A DNA stretch of 64,000 nucleotides from Macrostomum lignano. Taxonomy: Eukaryota. Positions 37,372 through 51,900 of the stretch are shown piece by piece. The DNA lies in contig NIVC01001700.1 in the NCBI GenBank assembly GCA_002269645.1, forward strand, positions 139,923 through 203,922. Reading direction: 5' to 3'. A program made the translations under genes and the position numbers. Numbering within the stretch: position 1 is the stretch's first letter; every line of letters begins with the position of its first letter. The notes under the pieces are model-generated. The model was given only the letters and a program-made list of their open reading frames with translations, was not told where the DNA came from and did not search any database.

Positions 37372-38845
37372 CATAGATAATAAAAACACTAGATGGGTCA
37401 CTCGCCTATTTAATGAATAAGCTACTTTTAATTGGGCGTCTGTATAGAGTTTTTTTGATATATTTGTGCATCAAGTAAAATTTTATTATGATGCAGATTG
37501 AAAAGTTATGACATTTCAGGTCCTCATTTTTCTATCACACGGACGGGCAATGAAAACTTTGAGCAAAAATGTGGGCTTCGTGAAAAATTGTTAATAGTGG
37601 CATGCACGTAGCACTTGTGTATTTTTATGCACAGGTCATATCAGCTTTTCATATAAACAAAGATGATTTCAAAAAAATAAGTATTATACATGTATAGCAA
37701 TGGGGAACGACAAAAGCATTTTTAAAAACCAAATAAAGTTTTTTAGTTTAAGCTAGTTAGTTGAACTTAGAAGCAAATGTGCATCGACAAATTGAAGAAG
37801 AATGACAGAACGAAATACTGTCTCGAAATACTGATACTAAATGTTTATTTGTATCAATAAACATTTATTGATACAAATGTTTATTACAAATACAAAGGTT
37901 AATTGGGTTTACTTATCTTTCTGCTTGCTGAACATCGCACTGTCCTATCCTTCAGCGATTTGGCCTCACAGCGGCACCAGTGATGCAGCCTGAGACAAGC
38001 GAACTTGACGCACGGAGCACGAGGGGAAGGTCACATTTGCGTGTCGGAAGCGTCTCAATATTGAATGGCTCACGAGATTCTGCAGCAATTTAGTCTTCGG
38101 TAATGAGCCAAAAAAGATTCCAAAAGACTGAAACTTTCCAGAACTGCTTACGATGGTGCTGTCAATCCAGTGTGAACAACACTGTACTGCTTGTTGGCCA
38201 AGTGAACTCCAGATGGGATTTGAGCGGTCAGAGTTTCCTTGCAATCCAGGCAATCCAGTGCACCACTTTTTGCTACACGTAGCCAGCAACAATGGCTTCG
38301 ATTGATGTGTCAGGAGAAGCAAACTGCATTGAAGCACCTCATCTGTGCGTGTCGTCGGCACGGTTTCGGCAAAAGATGCGCTTGATCCGGCTGGTAAATT
38401 TGGCTCTGTGCAGACGTCTTGCAACTTTTTTCTCATCAGCTTCATGGTAACTTCACAAACGCCCTCTTCCTGAAAGGACAGTCTGATGCGCCGCTTAATT
38501 GACGTCTTCTCTCTGAAGTGGCTTCTCCCTGATTAGTCTTGGCAACACTTGGAAAACAAAATAGCGTACTTGCAAAGGAGAAAAGTTAGACAAATACACT
38601 CCTTGCTTAGCTCTGATTTCTCATAGGAAAGCCATGGTGAACCCCTACTACTACTTTTTGATTCTCCCTCGTAGTAAGCTGAATTTCGTTGCTAGAAACT
38701 TTTGTCTATGGCTCAAACCATAGCGCTGACGTGGAAAAACAAAAATCGATAGTCTTGCGCGCTCATATGCCCAGAAGAGAGTAGGCTATTCAGACATCGA
38801 GCGAATTTGCATTAAGTGACCCATCTAGTGTTTTTAGTATCTGTG
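37372..38845 (-). mobile_element. Non-autonomous P-element derivative (1474 bp) with degenerate transposase C-terminal remnants
   Basis: 30-bp TIRs catagataataaaaacactagatgggtcac / cacagatactaaaaacactagatgggtcac; perfect 8-bp TSD GTCCGGAC (37364-37371, 38846-38853). Frameshifted minus-strand remnants KYAILFSKCCQD, RQLSGASDCP, EAIVAGYV/AKSGALDCLDC, GLTAPS and RLHHWCR...SRKISK resemble P/THAP9 transposase C-termini. Confidence 0.8.
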
Positions 38846-39575
38846 GTCCGGACTAGCTAGTCTGGACTAAGCTTTCTGCATACGGCCCAATATTGCTAAC
38901 GGTAATCCATTTTGGCTTTAAACATAGTAAAATGTGACTGTCTACTTAAGAGTAGCAATGAAAGAATTTAAAGCGAATCTCCTATAGTAGTGTGTGCAGA
39001 AAGTTAATGCGCACTGATAGTTGAATAAATAGAACTTCAAACCTGTGCTGTTTTCAAAAGCTTTTCAAGTGCTGTTCCTCGAGTGCAAATTCTAGGGAGC
39101 AGCAGAAGCTACAGTCTATGGTCTTGGGGGTATATAGAATCTGTGCTTTAGACTAGAGTGCCAATAGCGCGGGAAAGAAGCCTATCTATTCTTTTTTGTA
39201 CGAGCTACAGACAGTATTTCGTCCCCACTGATTATGTACTGAATCAATAATGTCTATTGGTGGTCATCGAGCTCCCGAAATAGGCACAAGAGAAAAATAA
39301 AATCTTAATAAAAGCATTCTATGTGACAATAACTGGAGTTAACATCGATTAGATGCTGGCACTGTCTATGGTTAATATTCTATTTCAAAATACGAGTACA
39401 AAATGTCTTGAATACAATTCTCGTAAATAAAACTAAAAACTTTAATGCTCGGATAGGTGAAATTCGACCATAGACATCTGCGCTGGTGGGCTACTTGGGA
39501 GTTGCAGCTTCGTTTGGACTCATCTAGGCTAACTACAACGTACAACGTTACTTACACTTCATCGTAAGATGCGAG

Positions 39576-39992
39576 ATGAGCGCTACGGAGAAGCCGGACA
39601 AAAAGCAGCAACAACAGAAGCAGCGCCATCACGAGCCGATTCTGGCACGCGAAGAGTCCTGGCCGCAGGAGTCGGCTGGTTCACTAGACGAGTCGTCGGC
39701 AACAGCGTGCCGGGCTCCGTTGACAACCGCGACGCCGCAGACGTCACCGCCTCCCATAGGCAAATCGCCGGTGGTTCTGACGGCCCAAGGCAAAACAGCG
39801 GCAGCGGCTAATCAGCACCTTAGAGTAGCTCAGACAGTCAGCCCGTCGCACAGGTGTTCGAAGCCCGTTAGTCAGGAAGAGCTGTCTGACTCGTCGTCTG
39901 CGTCAGCGCCGGACAAGACGACATCAACGTCGCGTCAGTGCAGCAGCAGCGGTGCGCCAGCGCCAGCGTCCGACAATCCACCTCCGTACTGA
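39576..39992 (+). CDS. Orphan S/T/P/Q-rich ORF (138 aa) ending in PPPY; single exon or terminal exon
   Basis: GC-rich open frame in AT-rich surroundings; no recognisable domain; possible AAG acceptor at 39568. Confidence 0.3.
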   Translation: MSATEKPDKKQQQQKQRHHEPILAREESWPQESAGSLDESSATACRAPLTTATPQTSPPPIGKSPVVLTAQGKTAAAANQHLRVAQTVSPSHRCSKPVSQEELSDSSSASAPDKTTSTSRQCSSSGAPAPASDNPPPY

Positions 39993-40249
39993 TGATGAAA
40001 CTGCGCATGCATGTACGGCATGCTGCTCAAGGAGCCTTAAAGTTTTTGGTTTCTCCTCTGCTTCCGTTTTGTTTTCTGTTTTGCGGTTTAGAAGAAATTA
40101 CACTGTCCCAAAAAGATGCCGAGGCTATTTTATTTCAATCCTAAATTTTCGAACGATAGCTAATTGGAAACCGTGGTATCATATTTACTAGATTTATAAT
40201 TCTTGCAAGAAATAGTCCAGGTTACAGACGTGGGTTAGGACATACCATC

Positions 40250-40592
40250 TATAGCGTAATGTCGACATACCAACTGTAAGGACATGCTATCTGTACATGT
40301 AAGGATATGTTATCTGTAAGGACAAAACATGTTATATGGACATGATATTTGTAAGGAAATACCAGTACCATGTTGTATGTACATGTTACTTGTAAGTACA
40401 TACTGTAAAATGTGTATGGACGTGTTACCTGTAAGGACATACCATGTGTATGGACGTGTTACCTGTAAGGACATACCATGTGTATGGACGTGTTACCTGT
40501 AAGGACATACCATGTGTATGGACGTGTTACCTGTAAGGACATACCATGTGTATGGACGTGTTACCTGTAAGGACTACCATGTATATGGACAT
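40250..40592. repeat. 34-bp minisatellite
   Basis: Unit catgtgtatggacgtgttacctgtaaggacatac. Confidence 0.9.
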
Positions 40593-40651
40593 GCAATACA
40601 ATGAGCCTTCTCGGGAAGACTTTCCTTCTCGGTACGAGCCAAGGAACGTAA

Positions 40652-42189
<1,538 letters not shown>

Positions 42190-42908
42190 TCAGGAATTGG
42201 GGCTGGGGCTGAAATGTACGTATAACCTGCACATGCTTAAAAAATCATGTTTTGTGTCATGTTTTACTTTCTTTATATGTCTGTACATGTCTTTACACTG
42301 GTTACCATGAGAACCATGACACCATACGACCTCGTAAATTTATTGCTCAAATTTTCTTTTATACATGGATTGCTCCTAGTAGCGGCAGAAAAAGCACAAA
42401 ATAAAAAATCTTTAACTAGTTTGACTCCACAAATTAAATATACTGTAAATCAGAAAGCTTTATATACTCGACGGGTCTAAAAAAGTATAAATATATTGCA
42501 ATAAATTTGCGGAGTTGATTATGTAGTAAAAATTAACAACATTTTTGCATTTATTTGTGCATTGATAATAAGATAATAAAAGTTTAGCAAATTTCAGAAT
42601 AGAAAGTAGTATTTTTTATAGATTTTATGCTTTTAAACATTATTTAAAACGATTTTCCGCTGCGTCGCTTTTTTTGTATCTTGGAAAAAGAATTACAGAT
42701 AAGAGAAATTTAAGAAAAAAAAGTAGCCGAAAGCCGAGGCCGAAAGCGAAGCACGGCTCTTTGATGTAGCTCATACATTGTTATCCGTGTTCTTTACTTA
42801 CAGTTACTGAATAGAAACTCTATACTATGTGTGAACATCTTTATCTAAGCCTGTAATTTAAATAGCTATATTGAATTGAAGGATCAATTAAGTTTAAAAT
42901 TAAGAAAA

Positions 42909-45900
42909 ATGGGGAATAGAAACACAAAACTTCAAATACTTTCACTTTCCTATGAGGATGCTGAGAGAAGAGGTAAATATCCATGGAAAATACTAAATGT
43001 GGCGAAGCATTTAATTTATTAAATTTAATATTTATGTTATGGCAGCTTTTTCCTTTTTTCCTTATTTGATTATATAACTTCCTTTCATTCTACTTTAATA
43101 CATTAACATTGTTAACATAATATAGTGGTATAGGCCTGATAATTTTTATTTACCATTCAACAATTTAACTTTTTTGAAATGGTAATCTTATGTATTAATA
43201 AGGTATTTCTCTAGCTATCTATCTAGGTTGCCAGTTAGTCAGATTATCATATTCTGTTTTGTAAAACTTTACTCAAAATATACTTAACCTACTATACTAC
43301 TTTAGTATTAGGATTGCAGCTTTACCCTTGGCTTTAGCAATATTTTTAGTCTAATAGATTTAAAAAATTCATAATAAAGTATTTCCTATTGCGTCTTATA
43401 TTTTATTCTGTACCTTATTATACCTAAGATATTCTAAGATAAAGATTGTATTATAGATAAGAATCCAACAAGTACATTCTAAAATCAAGAATAGATTTTC
43501 ATGATGTAATATAAATGTTATTTTGAAAAAAACTATGTTTTGCTAAATTCTATTTTTAATACCCTAAAATATTGTTGGGTCATTATATTAGATCATGTGC
43601 ATAATATTACAATTGAAATAATTCACAAATATCTTGACACATAAACAGTACATTTTATTCTTAAGACCTTATTAGACTGCATATTAATTTAAGATTCAAA
43701 AGCATTTAAATCAATCATTTTTATGGTGAAAAACTTTGCTTAAAGTTTTATCTCATCTATACATGTAGAAGTATATATATTTTTATTTTTAAACTGTATT
43801 AAAAATTCTTGAAAAATGTTAAAATGAACTAGAGCTTCATTTAATGTTATTAAATAGTTAAAAAATCAATTAGCTATTAGCTTTTTGCAGACAAAAACTA
43901 TAACAAAAAACTTATATACCTAACATAATATTAAATATTATATCTTTTTGGAATTAATCATGCTATTAATGATTGCTATTAATCATGCTATTTAAAAAAT
44001 AAATTAGCATATTTTACCTCCAAAAGCATAATTATTTTGAGTAATTATAACTTTCTTTAATGTCATACTATGAAAATAAAACCTAACTAATGCATTTAAT
44101 AACAGAGATCTTTATTGTTGCTTTGTTAAAGCTTCAAAACAAAGTCTAAAAGTTATAGGTAGTAATAGTCAAAGTTGGAAAGGTTTTGAGTAGATTTGTA
44201 ATAGATTTAGCTCATTTATTAAAACAAATGCTTAGCTAAAATAGCTCAAAAACCTTTATTTAGCTATTTGAAATTCAGATAGTCATAAATAGGCATTTTA
44301 TAAATAGATATTTCTTATAAAATAGTATATTTTTAATAGCTATTTTAGTTTGAGTATAATCTGTAATTTATATTTTCAAAGTGTTTATAATTACTTGTAG
44401 AATGACCTTATTGTTTGTATTAAATAAACAATAACTTTTTAGCTTGTAATTGCCAGTTTAAAATCATAAGGCAAAGTAATAAATCCATACTTTTGTCAAA
44501 GTATGGTATGTATGGATTTTTTGTGCATAGGCTCTTTTTGCAAATTTTTCTATAAATAGTATTCTGTTTATATTAGCATATCAGATAGCTTAATAGGTCT
44601 ATTGTTGGTTTTAGAAAACTTAAAGTGAAGATAAAACTATAGCCCTATAAATCATAGAATGTTAGAATACTATATAATACAATATCATTTTTTTACTGGA
44701 GGGACAGTTGACCTCCCTCCCTAGATAGCTCCTCTTTTGCACTTTATTCTCTCCTAATTCCACCTAGCTGCCCCCTCTGTCTCCACCGCTGTGCCACCAT
44801 TTGTCAGCATAAATTAAAGCCTACTTGACTTTTAGTTTCCGAGGCGGAGCTCAAACGCCTGAAGGAGGCCTTCAAAACTATGTCTGTCGGCGACTACATG
44901 AACAAGAAGGTGTTCATGAAGGAGGTGCTAGGCGAGAATGTGCCAAATAAATTGGCTGAGGCAAGTTGTGTTATTAGAATAATATTTACCCAAATGTATT
45001 CGTTCACTTCATCAATTGTTTTCTTCTGGTTTATTGCAGGAGATTTATAGTTTCTTATCTAGTAGCAGTTCGGGACTAACATTCAAAGATCTGCTTGTTG
45101 GCCTTGTGCTGCTAACCAGGGGACGGCTGGCTGAGAAGACGCGCTGTAAGTTATGATATTTATGCGTCATACTATTAGTAGTATGAATAGCAATAAAAAT
45201 ACAACAAGTTTTAAATACACCATATTATACATTACATTGTTGAATTGATTGAAAGCTTAAAACTAGGCCTAATTGGGGTGTTTTGATTATCAGACAGATA
45301 TTATCTTTTAGGGGTTTTTAGTCTAGTGGTTGGAGCGTTGGACTCACTACTTGTAGGTTGGGGGTTCGATTCTCGACCCACCCTGGCACAATTTGTGTCA
45401 TAAGATAATGATGTAACTCTTGCATTGCTTCAGTTCACCCAGCTGTAAAATGGGTGCCAGCATTAGCTGGGGTAATTGAAGGTGTGTGTGGCGACCCCCC
45501 CCATTGCAGTCCTTAGACTGAACAGCCGTACGCAGCCTTCAGTTGCACCGCGCAATAGCTGCGGCTGAGCTGTCGGTTGCTCATCTAACCCAATTGCGGC
45601 AGGTGTAATCAATTATGATTATTATCTTTCAGAATATTTTTTAGATAAAGTTATTTTACGGAAGCCAGCTCTTATTATTGAATTCCAACAATTGCTATCT
45701 ACAGTTCTATTCTGCGTGTACAGCAATGAAAACGGGACACACGTTGAAAAGACTCAGCTAGAGGCGCACATTCAGGATACGGACGGTCGCACGCCACCCG
45801 AACTGCAGGAGCTCTTCAAGAACCGGGACCGGGCCAATCTGGAACAGTTCACCAAGTGGCTGCTTGAGCACCAATCTGTCACCGCCTTCTCCACCTGGCT

Positions 45901-48900
45901 GCTGAAGGAGCCCTGCGTTGTTCGACTGTCCGATGATTCAGAGTCGCTTAGCTTCTATCAGATCCTGGCCGGCGTTACCCACCGTGAGTCTTGGGGCTGT
46001 TTGCACTTTAACCTTGTTTGTACTTTTGTTGTACTTGCACTTTAGTCTGCTTGTACTTTTATCGCCTTAGCAATATAGTATTTTACGAGTATAATATACT
46101 ATTATTGTACTTGAACTTTGGTATGTTTTTATTTTTAGCGCCTTTGCACTTTAGTATATTTGCACTTTTATTGTACTTGCACTCTAGTATCCTTGTACTT
46201 TTGCCGCCTTTGATATTTAGTATTTACATACTGATATTGTATTTGTACCTTGGTATGTTTGTATTTTAGCGCCTTTGCACTTTAGTACGAGTTGTAATTT
46301 TATTGTACTTGCACTTTTGTCTGCTTGTAATTTTATCGCCTTTGCACTTTAAAGTATATTTGTACTTTAAATGCTTTTGGATTTCTGTTATTTTAGTAAT
46401 ATTTTTTTTCATATATGTATTGTTTATTATGTATACTGTGGTCTTCTGCTTTTGTCAAGGTGGCCATTTCAGTAAGATTATTAAACTTTAGTAAACATGT
46501 TTGTATTGTACGTAAAAGCGTGTTTTTATTTTTGTGTCGGTAATATTCCATTTTACTAGCTCTCTGTACCTTATGCATGTTTAAATTTTTTTTAGATTAA
46601 AGTCAGTTGTGACGTGCAACCTCAAACCAGCATATTTTTTATTTGCTTTCAGTTGACGAGAATGACATCATAGAGCTTGAGAAGCGCTACTGGCAGCTCA
46701 AAGGCGTATCGCAGTCCGGTCGATTCGACTTGATCACTTTTCGTCGCCTTGTCTCGCCGCCAATTCCTGACGAAATTGTCGATGGCTTTTTTGCCGCATT
46801 CGACGAGAATAATGACGACCACATCGACTTCAAGGAGATGTCCTGCGGTATTTCCGCCTGCTGCCGGGGGCCCATCACTGAGCGACAAAAATGTATTATG
46901 CTTCTCAGTTGCTAATTTGCTTTGCGACTTCTAGAATTTAGCATGTTGGTTTAGTCAATCTGTGGCTTCCCGACGCCCCGTGTGGACCAGACAACCTAAC
47001 CCAGACACATCATGAGGACCAAGCCAGACACATCATGAGGACCAACCCAGACACATCACGAGGACCAAGCCAGACACATCATGAGGACCAACCCAGACAC
47101 ATCACGAGGACCAAGCCAGACACATCATGAGGACCAACCCAGACACATCATGAGAAACAACTCAGACACATCATGAGGACCAACTCAGACACATCATAAG
47201 GACCAACTCAGACACATCATGAGAAACAACTCAGACACATCATGAGGACCAACTCAGACACATCATGAGGAACAACTCAGACACATCATGAGAAACAACT
47301 CAGACACATCATGAGGACCAACTCAGACACATAATGAGAAACAACTCAGACACATCATGAGGACCAACTCAGACACATAATGAGGACCAACTCAGACACA
47401 TAATGAGGAACAACTCAGACACATCATGAGGACCAACTCAGACACATAATGAGGAACAACTCAGACACATAATGAGGACCAACTCAGACACATCATGAGG
47501 ACCAACTCAGACACATAATGAGGAACAACTCAGACACATCATGAGGACCAACTCAGACACATAATGAGGAACAACTCAGACACATCATGAGGACCAACTC
47601 AGACACATAATGAGGAACAACTCAGACACATCATGAGGAAAAACTCAGACACATCATGAGGAACAACTCAGACATCATGAGGAACAACTCAGACACATCA
47701 TGAGGAACAACTCAGACACATCATGAGGAACAACTCAGACACATCATGAGGAACAACTCAGACACATCATGAGGAACAACTCAGACACATCATGAGGAAC
47801 AACTCAGACACATCATGAGGAACAACTCAGACACATCACGAGGACCAAGCCAGACACATCATGAGGAACAACTCAGACACATCATGATGACCAACTCAGA
47901 CACATCATGAGGAACAACTCAGACACATCATGAGGAAAAACTCAGACACATCATGAGGAACAACTCAGACACATCATGAGGAACAACTCAGACACATCAT
48001 AAGGACCAATGCAGAAACCCCTTTAGGACCAATCCGGATATCCTTTAGGACCAACCTAGACACATGAGAATCAACCCGATCACCTTTTGAGGACCAACCC
48101 GGATACCCCTTGAGCACCAACCCGGATACCCCTTGAGCACCAACCCAGACAATCTCAGTCCAGCTATTCATATCCAGATCGCACCTGCACCCTATCTCCC
48201 CCTGCCCAACTCAGTCTGCTTCAAGGTGTTCGACCGGGACAGAGACGGCTACTTGGACCAGCAGGACGTTCGCCGCATGGTTTGGGCATTCGTATTGGCC
48301 CAGAGTCACACCAGCGTTGACGACTGCTCAACATTGCCCACGACTGCTCCGGTTCAATCGTCGGGAGCCGCCGCCTCCAGTTCGGACGGGAACAGCTGTG
48401 GCGGATTGTCAAACTCGGTAGACAGCGATCTGGTTAATCGGGTGACTGGCGAACTGCTTCAGTTGCACAGCGAGGAGCGCCGGGTCAGCACTGAAGAATA
48501 TCTAATGTGGTCGTTAAGCAACTCTCTGTCCGATGCGCTTATGCGACTGCTGTACCAGGTAGGGCTGGGGTTTAGCATTAGCCTTGTCAAAATTTCAAAA
48601 TTAGGTCAAAACTTTACCTGTCAAATCAGTTAAATCCTTTGAGGTTTCCCGAGATGTCAAGAATTATAAATTACGAGTACTTGATACTCCCAGAACCAAA
48701 GACTACTCAAGTAGAAGGATGGGAGACTATGTTTCTTAGAAAATGTTTATGAGGCTGGTTTTCGCCGAAAAATACACTACAGAGATGGCAAGTTTTCACT
48801 TTTTCTTATTAAAATTGAAAAATGAAAGCTTCCTATCTCCGTAGTGTATTTTTCTAAGAAACAGAGTCTCCCATCCTCCTACTTGAGTAGTCCTTGCCCA

Positions 48901-51900
48901 GAACTTTAAAACAGCTTTATACGAGTACAATGTGTCTTTTTCCGTAATGAATCGTATCTTAATAACATGTAGGGCCCTATTCTCCCCATGCATTTATCCG
49001 TCTCATGTGAATTGCTGATTTCGCACCTGTACAGGTTTGCCATGTAGTTCTGGGCCTGCGGCCACAGTACAGGCAGGACGAGCAGCGCATTGTGTACGAA
49101 TGGGTAAACCGGGAGCGGCGGCGCGGACTCCAGCCTGGCGACAACTGGTACCTGGTGCACCCTACCTGGTGGGCAGCCTGGCAACAGTATGTCAGCTTCG
49201 ATTCGGACGCGCCCCAGCATCATCACTATCCGCTGCAGCTGCAGCAGCCGCAGTCGCAGTCGGCGCCTCCAAAGCGGCACCAGAAAACTTCCTCAATTAG
49301 CAGTGTGGGCGCCGGGTCCATTAGCGGAGTCTCAGCTTCATCATCGGGGTCTGGCGTTGCTGGCGTCAAAGCGCCGCCTCCTAAACCCGGCGCCATCAAC
49401 AACGCGCCTTTACTGGCGCCCTGCCCCGGCCGGCCGCCTTCTCTGACTAACGAAGGCGGCCTGCTGCGTCGCGGACCCGACGGCGGCCCGTTGCGACCTG
49501 GCGAGGACTTCCAAATGCTCCCAGACAAGGTCTGGTGGGCCCTGCAGGCCTGGTACGGCGGCGGCCCGTCTCTGCCCCGCCTAGTAACAGACTCCGGCAG
49601 CCTGGAGCTCTACCCCATCTCCGTAGGCATTCTCAAGCACCAGCAGCCGGCTCCGGCTGGCGCTGCCGGCTCCTCCGCCGTTGCCCGGGCGGCCAGCGTT
49701 GGCCGGTTCATCTCCGGCGTTTTGCCAACCTCGGCCGCTATGGCGGCGGCAGCGGCTGCATCTGCTGTTGTCCCCGGTGGCTCCTCCTCGGCTGCGGCTG
49801 GCTCAGGCGCTGCTGTCGCCGGCGCGCCTCCCGCTGGTGTCAGCGCCGATGCAGCCGCCGCCGCGGCCGCCATCCCGCGCCGGGTGCTGTGCCATTCGGC
49901 CTGTTTCAGCCGGCGCCATACGGTTGGCCAGCTGTACACATTTTTCAGTCAGCGAATGTCAGTTGCTAAGGAGAATTTCCGATTATGGCGCGTGTTTGAT
50001 GACGGACACCAATTGGAGCCGCTGGAAGCTGAGAACGCCTGTCTAGAGGAGCTGGGCCTGCCAGACACTGGCGGCTGCCTGCTGTTCGAGGTGCGCAATC
50101 GGGATCTGACATGGCCGGAGGAGCTGGCCGAGCTAGCGAAGAGCCGGTCCCTGGTCCGCAGGCGCAATTCAATGATGCGAGGCGTCACAGGGCTGAACAA
50201 TTTAGGCAATACCTGCTTTCTGAATTCGGCTCTGCAGTGCGTTAGCAATACGCCTACATTGACGGCCTACTTTCAGGATGGCCTGCACCTGTACGAGCTG
50301 AACCGGTGGGTGGCCAGTTAAACACTGAAACTGTTTTACAATTAATGTTATGCATAAGTTACTAATGTGCTTTTATTTATTTTGCAGCACTAATCCGTTG
50401 GGCATGAAAGGCCACATGGCTGAACGATACGCCGAACTAATCAAAGACATGTGGAACGGCAACGCGTCTGTTGTGGCGCCGCTTAAACTGCGGGTGAGTT
50501 TTGCTTGCGTTTTATGTATCATGTGTTGTTTCAGATGATACATGATCGAAGTGAAATAATACATGATTCATGTGCCACATGATACATGATCGAAGTGACA
50601 GAGAGTACATGATTCATGTGCCACATAATACATGATCGAAGTGACAGAGAGTACATGATTCATGTGCCAGATGATACATGATCGAAGTGACAGAGAGTAC
50701 ATGATTAATGTGCCACATGATACATGATTGAAGTGACATAGAATACATGATTAATGTGCCAGATGATACATGATCGAAGTGACAGAGAATACATGATTCA
50801 TGTGCCACATGTTACATGATTGAAGTGACATAGAATACATGATTAATGTGCCAGATGATACATGATCGAAGTGACAGAGAATACATGATTCATGTGCCAG
50901 ATGATACATGATCGAAGTGACAGAGAATACATGATTCATGTGCCAGATGATACATGATCGAAATGACAGAGAGTACATGATACATGTCTTATGATACATG
51001 ATCAAAGTAACAGAGAATACACGATTCATGTCTCCTACAATACATGGTTCTACTTTCCATCGCACTATACCTACAGATGACGATCGCCAGGTACTCGCGC
51101 AGGTTCTCAGGCAATCAGCAGCACGACTCGCAAGAGTTTCTCAGCTTTCTACTCGACGGCTTACACGAGGATCTGAACCGGGTGAAGGAGAAGCCCTACA
51201 CCGAGCTGAAGGACTCGGACGGCCGCCCGGATGACGAGGTGGCAGCGGAATGCTGGGACAATCACCTGGCCCGCAATCAGAGTATTATTGTCGATTTATT
51301 TCACGGCCAATTGCGCACCGAGGTGCAGTGCAAGGTGTGCTCAAATTCGTCCGTTAAGTTCGATCCCTTCTCGGTGCTGTCCCTGCCGCTGCCGCTGGAG
51401 AACTCACTGCTAATTGAGGTTATCGGTGAGTTAATTAATGAGCTAATGTGAGGTATTAGGGTTTCAGATGATGAGATACTGTTTAAGATGATCATACTAG
51501 GTGAGATACTAGGTTGAGATGATGAGCTACTAGGTGAAATACTAGGTGTCAGATAATAAGATACTAGGTATTACATAATGAGATACTAGGTGCGATACAG
51601 GTGTCAGATGATGAGCTACTAGGTGAGATACAGGTGTCAGGTGATGAGCTACTAGGTGAGATACTAAGTGTCAGGTGATGAGATATTAGATGAGATTCTA
51701 GGTGACAGATGATGAGCTAGTAGGTGAGATACTAGGTGTCAGATGATGGATACTAGGTGAGATACTAGGTGTCAGATGATGGATACTAGGTGAGATACTA
51801 GGTGTCAGATGATGCGATACTAGGTGAGCTACTAGGTAAGATACTAGGGGTCAGATTATGGATACTAGGTGAGATACTAGGTGTCAGATGATGCGATACT

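Larger units (their letters stand above)
36485..38888. mobile_element. PIF/Harbinger-derived foldback element (two inverted copies of one end), interrupted by a P element
   Basis: Termini gggccgtatgcagaaagcttagtccagactagctagtccggac (36485) and its reverse complement ending at 38888; AAT on both sides (36482-36484, 38889-38891). Left arm 36485-36847 matches right arm 37042-37371 plus 38854-38888, with only a 2-nt indel seen by eye; 194-bp spacer. Contains a Myb/SANT-like ORF. Confidence 0.85.

Noticed and set aside
37966-38445. 159-aa ORF as an intact gene
   Set aside because: Transposase-like motifs are scattered across other frames with stops; it is a decayed P-element remnant.
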